This document shows, in pieces, positions 62,740 through 64,000 of a stretch of 64,000 nucleotides of DNA (the stretch's first letter is position 1; each line of letters begins with the position of its first letter). This stretch comes from a virus (Duplodnaviria > Caudoviricetes). Made by a program: the position numbers and the translations under genes. Location: positions 256,001-320,000 of IMG/VR virus record IMGVR_UViG_3300022719_000071; one strand, written 5' to 3'. The notes beneath the pieces were generated by a model. That model saw nothing but the letters and a program-made list of their open reading frames with translations, was not told the DNA's origin and searched no databases.

Positions 62740-62820
62740 TTGGATAACTCCCGGATTCGTGCTATGTTACAATAAGCAGTCAATCATATTTACTGCTCAG
62801 TGAATTTCGCCGGAACACCT

Positions 62821-63366
62821 ATGACTACGAAACTGTACGAACTTGAAGACCGCATCGTAACCGATAAAGGTGAAGTAGTCGCCAAGTACGAACTTTTGGT
62901 CAAGAAAGCTTTATCCGGTGAAGTATTTACGGAACTACCAGCAGCACCCCATCCGGATATTGAACGCTACAATTTGCGTTGCCCAGACAATGCCATTCCT
63001 CTGTGGCAAGATACCGGTGAAGACACACTAGAAGGTCCAGATCCAGATACTCATGACTGGACAATTCCTCAAGAATACATGGACCTCGATATCATAGAGT
63101 TAGCATCCGCTTGTTTGATTTCCAGAAAATTGACATCGGATCAATATGTAGAGCGTCTGACATGGGAACTCAACGAAATGGATAAGAGGGATATGTTTCC
63201 TTTCATTCGTTGTCTTTTGTATGTGACAGAAGTGTTCAGACAAAATAACATAGTGTGGGGCATTGGTCGTGGTTCTTCCTGTGCATCTTTGGTGCTATAC
63301 CTGCTAGGGATCAATAGGGTAGACCCCTGTAAATACGATATACCAGCGGAGGAATTCTTCAAATGA
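62821..63366 (+). CDS. DNA polymerase III alpha subunit (DnaE) fragment
   Basis: YVERLTWEL...IVWGIGRGSSCASLVLYLLGINRVDPCKY; no catalytic PDxD in this ORF. Confidence 0.82.
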   Translation: MTTKLYELEDRIVTDKGEVVAKYELLVKKALSGEVFTELPAAPHPDIERYNLRCPDNAIPLWQDTGEDTLEGPDPDTHDWTIPQEYMDLDIIELASACLISRKLTSDQYVERLTWELNEMDKRDMFPFIRCLLYVTEVFRQNNIVWGIGRGSSCASLVLYLLGINRVDPCKYDIPAEEFFK

Positions 63367-63492
63367 ATGGCCATGATTGGATGGTGCAGTTCATGAAATA
63401 ACGGAGATTTTCAACGCCAGATAAAAATTACCAATCTCTGTGATGTTCCAGAGATATACATTGAAGACTTCTTAGAATATGGAGCAAAAACT

Positions 63493-63810
63493 ATGATGAG
63501 CGCAACCCAAGAAGCCAAGATGAAGGCAGCGGAGATTCTAGATAAGAACCCTGGAAAAGTCTTCCGGGTAGCAATTTCTGGAGGGGGGTGTTCCGGTTTC
63601 CGTTACGGCTTTGAACTAACAGATCGTGAGGATGATGATATCATCGTAGCTGAAGACGGTGACCATGCTATCGTAACTGACACCATCTCCATTCTGTATC
63701 TGGAAGGTGCGGTACTTGACTTCAAGAATGACCCATTCATGGCGGCATTCACTATCAATAACCCAAACGTCACGACCACTTGCGGCTGTGGCTCTAGCTT
63801 CGGAGTATGA
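63493..63810 (+). CDS. A-type Fe-S carrier (HesB/IscA/ErpA family)
   Basis: RVAISGGGCSGFRYGF...NPNVTTTCGCGSSF. Confidence 0.95.
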   Translation: MMSATQEAKMKAAEILDKNPGKVFRVAISGGGCSGFRYGFELTDREDDDIIVAEDGDHAIVTDTISILYLEGAVLDFKNDPFMAAFTINNPNVTTTCGCGSSFGV

Positions 63811-63874
63811 AAATATGATTATCGGTGGATGGGAAGACTAAATAAATGGTGCATCAACTCTAGGAGTAAATGAT

Positions 63875-64000
63875 ATGCCACAAGGTTTTGTAACAACGGC
63901 ACGAGGCGAGATCCTTAACATGGATCAATTGAAGACTCAAGCCAATCAACCCCTAATCAAGAAACGTGAAAGGGGAACTACTGTAAAGAAGTCTGTCCCT
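63875..64000 (+). CDS. Hypothetical protein, 3'-partial
   Basis: TAAATA (63839), AGGAG SD, open frame MPQGFVTTARGEILNMDQLK to window end. Confidence 0.6.
   Translation, partial: MPQGFVTTARGEILNMDQLKTQANQPLIKKRERGTTVKKSVP

Noticed and set aside
17250-63400. Programmed frameshifts at ~17255, ~22580, ~25615, ~45340 and ~63395
   Set aside because: Most fall in or beside short homopolymers near gene ends with no stimulatory structure; they are more likely assembly indels or pseudogenes and need read inspection.
14209-63490. Stop-codon reassignment or programmed read-through (internal stops near 14306, 17422, 17514, 27807)
   Set aside because: TAA, TGA and TAG all terminate well-recognised genes here and no suppressor tRNA is present; sporadic decay or error is simpler.
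1-64000. CRISPR array, rRNA, integrase or intact transposase
   Set aside because: No regularly spaced repeat-spacer series, rRNA-like tract or such ORF was seen; only a TnpB scrap and an intein.

Overview
This is a fragment of a very large, T4-related lytic (jumbo) phage genome, most likely infecting an alphaproteobacterium (inference from GapR/DUF2312 and DUF2093-like genes). Replication and nucleotide genes include a family B DNA polymerase, a probable clamp, a catalytically degenerate DNA ligase paralog, a class II ribonucleotide reductase carrying a 302-aa LAGLIDADG intein, and a DnaE fragment. Translation and proteostasis genes include peptide deformylase, a stand-alone GGQ release-factor domain, ClpS, DnaJ and IscA/ErpA. 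I read 18 tRNA genes plus tRNA debris. A set of probable head-packaged proteins with N-terminal (I/L)xE motifs is mostly preceded by TAAATA late promoters. Three RNA-level observations stand out. (1) A Ro60/Rsr gene is preceded by its own promoter, two tandem Y RNA-like genes with bulged-C helices (one tRNA-mimicking), and a terminator. (2) A leaderless 16-codon uORF is built mostly from codons read by the tRNAs of the cluster directly downstream, and is followed by alternative hairpins and a C-rich rut-like tract, which suggests a tRNA-sensing attenuator. (3) The only tRNA-Lys(UUU) in the window carries a 41-nt insertion in its anticodon loop. Several unexplained structured non-coding segments lie within the tRNA clusters. 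All family assignments come from motif recognition by eye, with no database searches. Several single-base frameshifts suggest assembly indels or gene decay.
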